Position numbers and translations under genes: made by a program
Shown: positions 50,501 through 60,392 of the stretch, piece by piece
How positions within the stretch are numbered: position 1 is the stretch's first letter
How the letters are laid out: each line of letters begins with the position of its first letter
Assembly: GCA_049999805.1 (NCBI GenBank)
Contig: JBNGIO010006095.1
Location: 1-60,392, forward strand
Length of the DNA: 60,392 nucleotides
DNA from: Folioceros fuciformis
Taxonomy: Eukaryota
Direction of reading: 5' to 3'
Notes under the pieces: generated by a model
What the model saw: only the letters and a program-made list of their open reading frames with translations
Databases searched by the model: none
Told to the model about the DNA's origin: nothing

Positions 50501-51023
50501 CAAATTGCAGCCTCGAAACGCAACGCCCTACGTGCTCCTGGGGAACTTGTATGCAAATGCCGGTAGGTGGAGAGACGTGAGCAGGATTGAGAACATGAGA
50601 AACCAGGCAGGTGCTTACAAAAAACCTGCGAGGGCATGGATCGAGGTTGACAATAAGGTCCAGTCGTTCGTTGTGGGGGAAGAACGGAGTGACATTTCTG
50701 GCAAGCTCAGGAGTGTGAATGAGCGGCTGATGGAAGAGGGAGGCCATGTCCCCCACACGGAGTTGGTGCTGAAGCCAGTGCCTGACGCAGAGAAGGTGGA
50801 TGCGCTATGTGAACATGCTGAAAAGCTGGCTTTGGCATACGGTCTCCTCAATACTCCAGCTGGAACGACCTTGCTGGTCACTAAGAACCTTCGCATGTGC
50901 AATGACTGTCACAGTGGCACCAAAATCCTGTCAAGGATCGAGAGGCGAGAGATTATAGTCAGGGATGCACATCGTATTCATCATTTTGTGGATGGCCTTT
51001 GCTCATGTAAGGATCTACATTGA
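47562..51023 (+). CDS. PLS-PPR-E-DYW:KP protein, ends DLH
   Basis: Main ORF 47862-51023. Putative in-phase 5' exons are 47562-47688 and 47781-47857, with the main exon from 47931. Motifs KKPARAWIE, CEHAEKLA, CNDCH and HHFVDGLCSC. Confidence 0.94.
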
Positions 51024-51029
51024 ACAAGA

Positions 51030-51265
51030 AGGTGATTGCAGTGTTTCCCACTTGATCTGGGCATTGGATGACACCGATGTACGAACTGGTTGTTTTTTAT
51101 ATGGGCAGTAATAGTGGGAGACAAGCATCTGGCATGGAGAAAACGGTGGACTCTTCCGTCGCCTTGGAACTTGCCATGAGCTGCATCCAACCGAAGGAGT
51201 CATGTGGTTGCACAGGAATGTGTGATGCCTCCTTTTGAAAATCAGAGCATGAACATGGGGACCAA
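51030..51265 (-). pseudogene. Short degenerate relic of a PLS-PPR N-terminus
   Basis: HVHALIFK..HTFLCNH followed, in another frame, by AAHGKFQ and ITAHIKNNQ. This resembles the VHAL..DTFLCNHILRMYASHG start of neighbouring genes. Confidence 0.55.
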
Positions 51266-51608
51266 AACCGGATCTTTCCTCACCAGGCATATCAACTATT
51301 TCCTTTTAACAGTCACTGTGAGTTCAGCCACATCGGTCGCGCGTACGTGAAGACTGGGTTGTCAACCAGTCTGAACGCTGCAGGGGGCACAGCGGGCCTT
51401 ACAAGCCTGTCAGCAAAGTTTCCATCTGCCAGTCGGGTTACATTGGACACGTTTCAGTGACCGGTATCCCCAGAAATTGTAGGCAACCTTTCACAACAAA
51501 AAGATTCGGTCGCAGAAAATCTGCAAATGCACTCACCTCAGGCTAGGAGGAGGATTGCGCAGGAAAGAAATCCTGGCGATGCTTACAGTCTGCAGTTTGG
51601 TACAGACA

Positions 51609-54600
51609 TTAGTGTCGATCGCCACACGAACAAAAGCCATTCACAAAGCGGTGAACACAACGTGCATCCCTGACTATGATTTCACGCTGCTCTGTCCTTG
51701 ACACGACCTTGGTCCCACTATGACAATCTGCGCACATGCGGAGATTCTTGGTAACTAGCAAAGGGGAGCCATCGGGAGTGTTCAGCAAACCATATGCCAA
51801 TGCCAGTTTCTCAGCATGCCCACATAAGGCATCCTCCTTCTCTTCCTCAGGCAGGGGCTTCAGCACTAACTCTGTGTGCGGCACGTGACTGCCATCTTTC
51901 TCCAATCGCAAGTTCACGCTTTTAAGCGTGGAGGAGATGTCATCCCTCTTTTCTCCTACCGTAAATGGGTGAACCTTGCCGTTGAGCTCGATCCAAGCCC
52001 TTGCAGGCTTCCTGTAAGCCCCTGCTGCCTTCCTCAACCCTTCCAGACTTTCAACGTCCCCCCATCTCCCTGTTTTGGCATAAATGTTCCCCAACAGCAC
52101 GTATGGGGTAGCGTTGTGAGGTTCCAGTTGAGTGAGATGGCCAAAACATCGCCTGCCACGCTCTGCATCACCATAGATTCTGCAGGCACTCAGCAGAGAT
52201 GTCCAGCCCACAACAGCATCCTGAGAAGACATCGTTTGCAGCATATTCTCTGCCTCGTCCAGATTGCCTGACCGAGCAAGAACATCAACCATACAACAGA
52301 GATGATGCTCATTAGGTTTGATGCCGTGATCGTCCACCATCAGTTGGAGGTACTGCTGAGCGGCTCCTACCAAACCATCCCGACTGCAAGCTGTGAGAAG
52401 AGAAAGGAATGTAGTAGCATCAGGCTCAACTCTATGTTGCTGCATCTCTTGAAAACACCCGAAAACCATTTCAGTATTATTGCATTGGGCGTAGCCATGC
52501 AGCAAAGCATTCCATGTCACCACATCTTTGGAGGACAACCTGTCAAATAACCTTCGTGCATCCTCTAGGCTCCCACATTTTGAATACATGTCAATAAGGC
52601 TGCTTCCGATAATGACATCAGATTCCAGACCTCTGGCCTTAATCTCTGAGTGAAGATCCTTGCCCCGTTGCCACGCTCCAACACTAGCACATGCTTTCAG
52701 AAGGCCTACAAGGGTATCCTGATCAGCTTGCGCCATGGCCTCCTGTTGCATCCTAGCATAAAGAAAAAGTGCCTCATGACCGAGTCCATGCTGAGCGTAT
52801 CCTCCAATTAATGCATTCCATGCTACCACATCTCGTATCGGCAATCTGTCAAAAACTCTGCGAGCATCATCTAAACTCCCACATTCTGCATACATGAGAA
52901 CGAGGCTGCCACCAATATCAACATCCGCTTCCAGTTGACATTGTTTAACATGGGAGTGGAGCTCCTTGCCGTCAGATAAAGCTCTTATGCTGGCACATGC
53001 CCTCAGTAAGGATACAAACGTGCAGTGATTTGGGGAAGTGAGACCCTCCTGCCACATTCTTCTGTAGAGAGTCAGGGCTTCTTGTACAAGTCCATGCTGG
53101 ACATACCCAGCAATTATTGTGGTCCATGTCACAACATCTTTGGTTTGCAACTCATCAAATACTCTGCGGGCATCCTCTAAGCTCCCGCACTTCACATACA
53201 TGTTGACCAGGCTGCTGCCAAGAATTGCATCAGCTGTTAGTCTCCTGCCCTCGATTCGCAAGTGGAGGTCCTTGCCCTCCTTTAAAGCCCCAATAGCTGC
53301 ACATGCTCTCAAGATGCCCGCAAAAGTGAAGTGATCTTCTGAACCAGGATAATCGAGTTGCATATCTGAATAAAGCGTCAGGGCTTCTTGTCCTAGCCCA
53401 TGCTGAGTATACCCTGTAATCATGGCATTCCATGTGACCACATTCTTTGAGTGTAGCCCGTCAAACACTTTACGAGCATCCTCCAAGCTGCCACATTTGG
53501 CATACATGTCAACCAGGCTGCTGCCAACAACAACATCAGCTGCAAGCCTCCTTTTTTGGATCTGAGAATGAAGCTGCCTCCCTTGATGTAAATCTCCTAC
53601 GCTTGCACATGCTTTGAGAAGACAGAGAAACGTAACTTGATCGGCTGCTGTTCGACCCTCCCGCTCCATACTTGCATACAGCGTGAGTGCTTCTTGCCCA
53701 AGCCCATACTGAGCGTATCCTCCGATCATGGCATTCCAGGTCACCACGTTCTTTCGGGGCAGTCTGTCAAACAATCTACGAGCGTCATCCAAGCTCCCGC
53801 ATTTTGCATACATGTCCACCAGGCTGCTGCCCATGACTACATCCGTGTCAAGTCCTCTACCCTGAATCTTAGCAAGGAGCTCCTTGCCCCTCTGTAAATT
53901 CCCCGTGCTTGCACATGCTTTCAGAAGGCATACGAATGTGACAACATTAGCTGGAATGGTGGAAGTTCGCTCCATATAGGAATAAAGACTGAGAGCTTCT
54001 TGATACAGCCCGTGCTGAGAATATCCTGCTATCATTGCAGTCCATGAGACCACATCCTTAGACACTAGATTATCAAATACACGGCGGGCATCCTCTAAGC
54101 TCCCACACTTTCCATACATGTCGACCAGACAGTTACCAACATACGCACTTACCGTAGTCCCACTCTCCAGGATATCAGAGTGGACCTGCTTGCCATGCAC
54201 CAGATCCTTAGCAACGGAACATGCTTTCAGCACTGCTGCAAATATGTAGTCGTCCAGTTTCACCGTCGTTTGTCGCATCTGTTGATACAATTCTATAGCC
54301 TGCAGGGGCTGCCCATGTTCTACATGTGCTAAAATAATGGACGCTCGCATGTAGGAATCTGGCGCCGGAAGCCTGGTGTACACCTGCAAAGCCTCCATCA
54401 ACCTCCCAACCGCTGCATACATACGGATGATGTGGTTGGCCAGAAACGTGTTGAACTCATGCCCACTTGCAAGAGCCAACGCATGCACAAGTCTGCCAAG
54501 AAGCAAGTCTTTTTGCGCAGTACACCCCTTGAGAAAATGATAGAGGACAGAGGCAGGAATTGGAGCTCCTTGCCTCACCAGCCGGCCCAATTCTCTGCAA

Positions 54601-55052
54601 GTTTGAGGACACTGTAAGAAAACTAGACGAGACATAGAGGTTAACATCACGAGAAAGGCAGCAACATGACAAAGCTGCCCATCATCAGAGTACACTGGTA
54701 AATATGTAAACCTCCCAGAGTCTTCAAGACTAGCCCTCTTGTCGACTCCAGACTGCTGCAGTCCTTGGAACGCAGCTGCAGTTGGCTGTGCACTGGGTCC
54801 AGAACATCGTAGCATGTCTGTACTCGTTCGATGATGAAATGCTTTCTCATCGTCCATGGCAAACGGCACCAGCACCCGCGACCTCTCACAGACAAGCTCT
54901 GGAGCGCCTCTCACCACTGCAAGCCAACAAGATATGAGTATGAGATGAAGTGGCTGCTGATCCCGCAGGCCAGCTGCAACAGGAACATACTCGACAGTTT
55001 TCGAAGCGGAGATTCCGCCCGCAACGGAGAACATGTGAGGTGCCGGCCACAT
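51609..55052 (-). CDS. PLS-PPR-E-DYW:KP protein, ends DRH
   Basis: Motifs RKPARAWIE, CGHAEKLA, CADCH and VHRFVNGFCSCGDRH. The 5' ~450 nt of the ORF probably includes intron(s), with an acceptor near 54595. Confidence 0.94.
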   Translation of the reverse strand: MWPAPHMFSVAGGISASKTVEYVPVAAGLRDQQPLHLILISCWLAVVRGAPELVCERSRVLVPFAMDDEKAFHHRTSTDMLRCSGPSAQPTAAAFQGLQQSGVDKRASLEDSGRFTYLPVYSDDGQLCHVAAFLVMLTSMSRLVFLQCPQTCRELGRLVRQGAPIPASVLYHFLKGCTAQKDLLLGRLVHALALASGHEFNTFLANHIIRMYAAVGRLMEALQVYTRLPAPDSYMRASIILAHVEHGQPLQAIELYQQMRQTTVKLDDYIFAAVLKACSVAKDLVHGKQVHSDILESGTTVSAYVGNCLVDMYGKCGSLEDARRVFDNLVSKDVVSWTAMIAGYSQHGLYQEALSLYSYMERTSTIPANVVTFVCLLKACASTGNLQRGKELLAKIQGRGLDTDVVMGSSLVDMYAKCGSLDDARRLFDRLPRKNVVTWNAMIGGYAQYGLGQEALTLYASMEREGRTAADQVTFLCLLKACASVGDLHQGRQLHSQIQKRRLAADVVVGSSLVDMYAKCGSLEDARKVFDGLHSKNVVTWNAMITGYTQHGLGQEALTLYSDMQLDYPGSEDHFTFAGILRACAAIGALKEGKDLHLRIEGRRLTADAILGSSLVNMYVKCGSLEDARRVFDELQTKDVVTWTTIIAGYVQHGLVQEALTLYRRMWQEGLTSPNHCTFVSLLRACASIRALSDGKELHSHVKQCQLEADVDIGGSLVLMYAECGSLDDARRVFDRLPIRDVVAWNALIGGYAQHGLGHEALFLYARMQQEAMAQADQDTLVGLLKACASVGAWQRGKDLHSEIKARGLESDVIIGSSLIDMYSKCGSLEDARRLFDRLSSKDVVTWNALLHGYAQCNNTEMVFGCFQEMQQHRVEPDATTFLSLLTACSRDGLVGAAQQYLQLMVDDHGIKPNEHHLCCMVDVLARSGNLDEAENMLQTMSSQDAVVGWTSLLSACRIYGDAERGRRCFGHLTQLEPHNATPYVLLGNIYAKTGRWGDVESLEGLRKAAGAYRKPARAWIELNGKVHPFTVGEKRDDISSTLKSVNLRLEKDGSHVPHTELVLKPLPEEEKEDALCGHAEKLALAYGLLNTPDGSPLLVTKNLRMCADCHSGTKVVSRTEQREIIVRDARCVHRFVNGFCSCGDRH

Positions 55053-55525
55053 CTGTATAATCGCCAGAAAGCATAGTGCCTGTCTGGTAAGAATTCGCGC
55101 ACACCCATGTCACGGACTTGATTTCTGGTGCCACGAAGCGCGTTGCCATAGTATCACCATCAGGATGCAGTAGTAGCAGTTGCCTCACTGGTAGCTGCTA
55201 CTGTACAATTTTATCTGCGTGGACGATGCCTACTGCTTTATTCACTTTCCAGAGCACCGTCGTATCAACAGTTCGTAGTGCAGGCAGACACTCGTCTGCA
55301 CATCTCAATGTGCCCAGATCAATTGGAGAAATGCTTCGACAGCACAGCTATGTTGCGAGGTGCTATGTAACTGGACTCGGGGGAAGACAAAATGGAAGAA
55401 ATGGAGGCACACGACGTCACAGTCCGCTGCCATTGGCGGGCAAAGAGCAAAAGGGGTCGATTCTCGTGCCTACATTAAAGTACAAACTCATTACAACGTC
55501 CAAAATTTGTCAGGAAAAGCCTCGT

Positions 55526-58500
55526 TCAGGGAGCCAGGACAAGCACTTTGATTGTTCCTTGGCTGTTGGCCGCCAACATCGTGGGGCTTTCACTCTTCCA
55601 ACAGACGGCGCTGATGAAGTGGGCGGCGTCGTCGTCACTTTCTTCAGGGTCTGGAGAGCCAAATCTATGCCATGCAGCAGGCTTCGACATTGCCTGCAAG
55701 GTCAAAATGGAACCAGGCCATTTAGATCTTGCAGCCTTAGATGCCCTCAGACGTACGAACTTGGGTACAAACCTTGTGGTAGACGAATACTTCATTGGTC
55801 TCACTCCCACAGGCGATGTATTCGCTGTTCACTGTTAGCCCTACGAAGTTCTTCTCATTCGTGTGCCCTTTGAGTGTTCTGATCTGCAGGAATCCAGATG
55901 GTTGAATGGAGTCAGGATTCTTCAATGCTCAGCCATTCCTCAGGAAAAAACAGTCCCAGATATGCCCAGCAATAGTGGCTACTTACCGGGCAATTTTCCT
56001 GCACATCCCACAACCGCAGAGTGCTGTCTGTCGAGGCTGAGGCGAGCTCGTTTGGTGAGATGAACTTCACATAAGAGACCGCCTTTCTATGCCCATTGAA
56101 GACATGAAGGGGATACTGGGCTTTCCGTAGGTCGTAATAGTGAATGTGATGATCAGCTGAACCGACCTGCACACGAAAAAGAACGTAACAAATAGACCGA
56201 CTCCATCAGTGCCAGCAACCAACTTCGGCGGCCTTCACTAATAAAAAAGTTCCTGGACTGTCAAGCTCGCGCTAAAACTTACTGCCACGAAATTGCTAGA
56301 CCCAGGATTGTACTTCACACAGCATATATTGGCTTTCATGTCAATATTCAGTACACTCGACTCCTGTCTGGTGCACCAGACCTTCACCTGCAAGCACAGG
56401 AGATGAGTTACGACAACCACACACGGAGTGCCACACAAGCCATAGCTGTTAAGTAAAGCATTCTTTCATCGCATGTCGCATGAAGACACCAACCTTTCCG
56501 TCATCACTGCCTGAAACAAGTCTTGTTGGCTCAGTCCGTGAAAAGTCAACACTCCATGCCCTTTTCTCATGCTCCTCGTACTCCATAACGCTCTGAAGGA
56601 AAACACTCACTGGTCGGATAAACAAGATCCGCGCTCACCGGAAGACACAGCAGAGGCTTGGGAGAGATCAAACTATCATACCTGGCACGTATTCACATCC
56701 CATACTGTAACAATCCCTTCATAATCGCTACTCGCAATGTGCGATTTTATATATTTATTCCAGCTTAAACAACTCAACTTGGAACGGGTAGACATTTCTA
56801 CCACCGGACAGTGCACGTCAGCCATGTCATTGACCACCTGCCGACAGCAGGACAAAACAAGTGGATGTTAACACACTGCAAGAGCCCCCAAAGAGAAAAT
56901 AGCGCACTTCAGATTTCCACGCCACTTTTCAAATGGAATATAGCACTTCACCAACCCACGCTCACTCTATTTCACTGTCGAGACCACACAGTGTGGCTTA
57001 GTTGGCAGACTTATTTCACAGACCCAGGCAATGATAAAGTTCCTTCACAGCTAGATAAACCCCGGCGAGGAAGAGTACCGTTGCAAACTCGAACACTTTT
57101 ATCCGCCTTGATACTCCAGCAGTGGCAAACAACTCATCATCCCGATCAAACTCAATGCTGAGAACAACAGCAGACCGTCTGGTCAGCGAACAGACGTCAG
57201 AGAGCAGCAGAAAGAGAGTCGATAGGCCTATTTGCACAATATACAGGAGACAGCCGCTTGGCACTATTCACAGATCTGGCAGTCACTTAGAGCGAAGACC
57301 CCACCTTGACACAATATTCGAGGAGTGGAAGAGGTCTCCATGCCGCAACTCTGCAATTACCCGGAGCCGGCTGCATACCAGGAGGGGATACTGAATGAGA
57401 ATACTGATAGACGAGAGAGCGGACCTTTGAACAGAGGGGTAGTTGCACCACATACCAAAACAGATGAAATACCCTGCATCGTACCTGTAACGGGTGAAAG
57501 CAGTGAGTACGGACTGAAAATCCTCCAGGCCACTTTGATAACTCTCCTGCCCTGCAGATTCAAGGCCAACCTCCTCCACGACCGCAGAAGTCACAGCTTT
57601 AGAGCGCTGCACAGCGGCTAATCGCCGCCGTTTCTGGAGGTAACACTCTTGCAAATCTTCGAACTGAAACAACGGGCACAACTACTTTAGCACGTTCTAC
57701 ACAAACACAATGCTTTCTTAGGCCACCAATTAAAAAAAACACCCGGTAAGACCCTAGGGACCGGATGCAAGATATAATGGACAACCCTACGCTCAGAGAG
57801 AGGGGGAGCTGGTCTACGTTAGCGTACCTGAGCTAAAACTCTCCTCTTCTTTGCCAGGGCCAGCCCAGAACTTGCTGGGCTGTCCTGCGGTTCAGTAGGA
57901 GTAACATCCGTAAAAGTGTACGAGCCGGCAGTGATCCTACCCCTCCTTTCTTTCCTAAGAGAAGCACCACCCTGGCCATTCCGGACGGAAGGAGTGGCCC
58001 CTCCACTGCAACATTCGTCTCTAGAGATCTGATCCAAGCTGGGGGCCTGTCCATCGAGAAGCATTCGCAACTTAACGGTGTAGCGTTCCCTGGCTCTTGA
58101 CATGTCCATCCTTTGACCCTCAACAGTAGCAATGTCTTCTTTCAGGAACTGGAGATCATTTTGCAACTACAGGATCGCACAACGCACAGTCAGCGAGAAT
58201 CATCCACACATCGACTGCTGATGGCACAGCAGTTGGCAGAGAAATCTCGACTGCTCGAATCGGAATCCTACCTCATTCAGCTCTTCCTGCTTCTGCTGCA
58301 ATGAACGGTGCAAGAAGTCAAGAAGCATATCCATATTGGACTCAGCCTCTTCCTGTTCGGCTTTCCGCTTCCTTTCCGCGAGCAGAATCAATAGGGAGTC
58401 GATCTCCTTGATGGACACCTCAGCTCCCTGAGACTCAAAGGCAGGGTAGGGAAGTTAGGTGCAGGCACGGGTGGTGGCGTAACAGACATACAAGGCCGAT

Positions 58501-59048
58501 GAGAAACAGTGCGGGACGAGGGCAACAACGGAAGACCTGTTGGAGGGCCACACGAAGGTGCTCCGCCGGTGAGGCATTGCTGACGAGCTGAGAAGCAGAG
58601 GCCTTTTTCAAGAGCTGGAAAAGCACCAGAACCGAGTGCAAGATCAGACCACGAAGAACATGGTGCTGAAAGACGATGCTGGCCAAGCGAAAGACAGCGC
58701 GAATTTGAACGGCAGACGGGCCCATACCTTGCTGAGCAGGAAATTGGGAAACAATTGGCTGTTGGTGAGATAGGCGCTACAGCATGGACAATTGCTCTTG
58801 TTACTCAGATGAGTCATGATACACATGTAGCAGAAACTGTGACCGCAGGCTGTCAAAAACGCTTCCTTCATCGTCTGAATGCATATAGGACACAAAAAAT
58901 CCTTATCCAACACCGGCTTCCCGGCCGAGACTGTGACAATCTGGTACTCATCCTTGCCATCAGCATCGCCCAGCGAGTCGTGCTTAGGGCCAGTGACCGA
59001 GGGTACCTGCGGCCCCACGGATCCCTCCGTGAACGGGGCCCCCTCCAT
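55526..59048 (-). CDS. COP1: E3 ubiquitin ligase COP1 (RING, coiled coil, WD40), about 13 exons
   Basis: Motifs DKDFLCPIC...[69 protein letters not shown] and the terminal [17 protein letters not shown]. Short GT-AG introns separate them. Confidence 0.97.
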
Positions 59049-59809
59049 CCACGCCAGCTCTAAAACCTACCACCACCAGCCGCACCTACACCTTCGGCGA
59101 GGCGTGGCGAGCCAAGAGGTATTGATCCGAAACCATGCACCAGCCCCTGCTACCTTAACCTCCACACCCGCAGACGGCCCTTCCCCATCCACTCCATCTG
59201 CCGACCCTGCCTCCGGTGCCACATCCAGGGGGTTCCTGCAACCATGGCCAGCTCCGACCTTCAGCGTAAAGCCCAATTCATTCCCGCCCACGGCAGCGGG
59301 GCCGCACCCAGGCACCAACCGCACTCCCTACGGCCCCAGAACCGTGCCCTAACCCCTGCAATCCAGCCTGCACGGCACCGTCGGCAGCGGCGGCAGAGCA
59401 AGTGCGGGGAGAGAAGCAGCAGGCAGAGGTCAACTGTCTGTGCGAAAGGCTCGTCAAGCAGCAGGCGAATTGAACATGGGCAACGTCCTCAAGCTCCACC
59501 TGATTCGGCCCGACGGCGTAAGTCTCCAGACCTCGAATCCGGCAACACGCCAAACGGAAGCGAGTGTCGGGAAGACATGGCTACGGCGAGCGGGACAAAG
59601 CGAGGGCGGGGAGGAGAGATGCGATAAATACAACAAGGCTTGAGAGACCTTACTTCTCTCCCTCGGTGCGTGTCATACCCCCCCCACAGTTCTGCGCGCA
59701 CCAGTGCAAGTAGCAGCAGGAAGAAGAAAGCTCAGCCACTCACCTCCCGCCCATGACGTGTCGGAGCCACGGTCGGACGGCACGGCACGCCTTGCCCCGC
59801 CCAGCCCTG

Positions 59810-59882
59810 CCTCGGCTCGGCTCGGCTCGGCTCCCCTCGTTATAGGGTGGTAGTCGGAACTCCAGGACGGGACGGGACGGAC
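59810..59882. repeat. Pentamer microsatellites (ctcgg)n and (gacgg)n upstream of COP1
   Basis: ctcggctcggctcggctcggctc at ~59811-59833; gacgggacgggacggac at ~59866-59882. Confidence 0.85.
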
Positions 59883-60392
59883 CGTATGCCCGTATTTGCC
59901 GACATACGACTGAACGCTACTTTTCCTCCTTTCACGACCACCATTGCAGGCCCCATTTGTCTCACGCCTTATATATTATTATGTGTACATTTACATATGT
60001 AATTACACGAGTCAATCACATTGCATTAAACCGGTGAGATCTGATTGATGTGCAAGTTTCGTTATCGCGCCTGACTCGGAAACAAGTGGTCCCCAGTTCG
60101 AGTCTAACCGCGGACGAAAGGACAAGAATGATATGATCTCGACCATATGCCCATTTTATTAGTCATGTAACGCTTCTCAGCCAAAAAATTGCAGGCCCGT
60201 CCCGTGGATGTACATATACTGTCAGGGGTACCGTATATACATACATGTATAGATGCGTTGACTGAGATATGTAGGAGGCGCGGGAGTTGTAACTAGTGGT
60301 CCCGGAAGAGAGACACGGTGGCGGCGCCGCGTGGAGCGAGGAGAGCCGGTAGGTGAAAAAGGTGGGCACGATTTCCGGGGACGGACGCGATG

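Noticed and set aside
59754-59763. ACGT-core element (tgacgtgtc) upstream of COP1
   Set aside because: It is a single short motif and the TSS is unknown, so there is not enough support for a regulatory call.

Overview
Gene-dense, roughly GC-balanced nuclear DNA from a non-seed land plant. A hornwort such as Anthoceros is the best guess, inferred from the DYW:KP/DRH-type editing factors, WW-type PG box, long-L motifs and compact introns. The window is dominated by PLS-class PPR RNA-editing-factor loci: five intact PPR-DYW:KP genes (putative U-to-C editors), one decayed KP gene, four genes that stop at the PG/WW box or E+ without a deaminase, and small relics. Interspersed are ordinary genes: a thioredoxin f-like gene, threonine synthase, a PP2C, RNase J and COP1. 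The most unusual item is a PLS-PPR array joined in frame to an intronless, N-truncated Tpt1/KptA (NAD+-dependent RNA 2'-phosphotransferase) domain where E/DYW would normally sit; this copy is frameshifted. The PPR genes recur as head-to-head pairs. A TIR/TSD-bounded MITE, a minisatellite island and two assembly gaps are also present. Family calls come from recognising motifs by eye; no searches were run.
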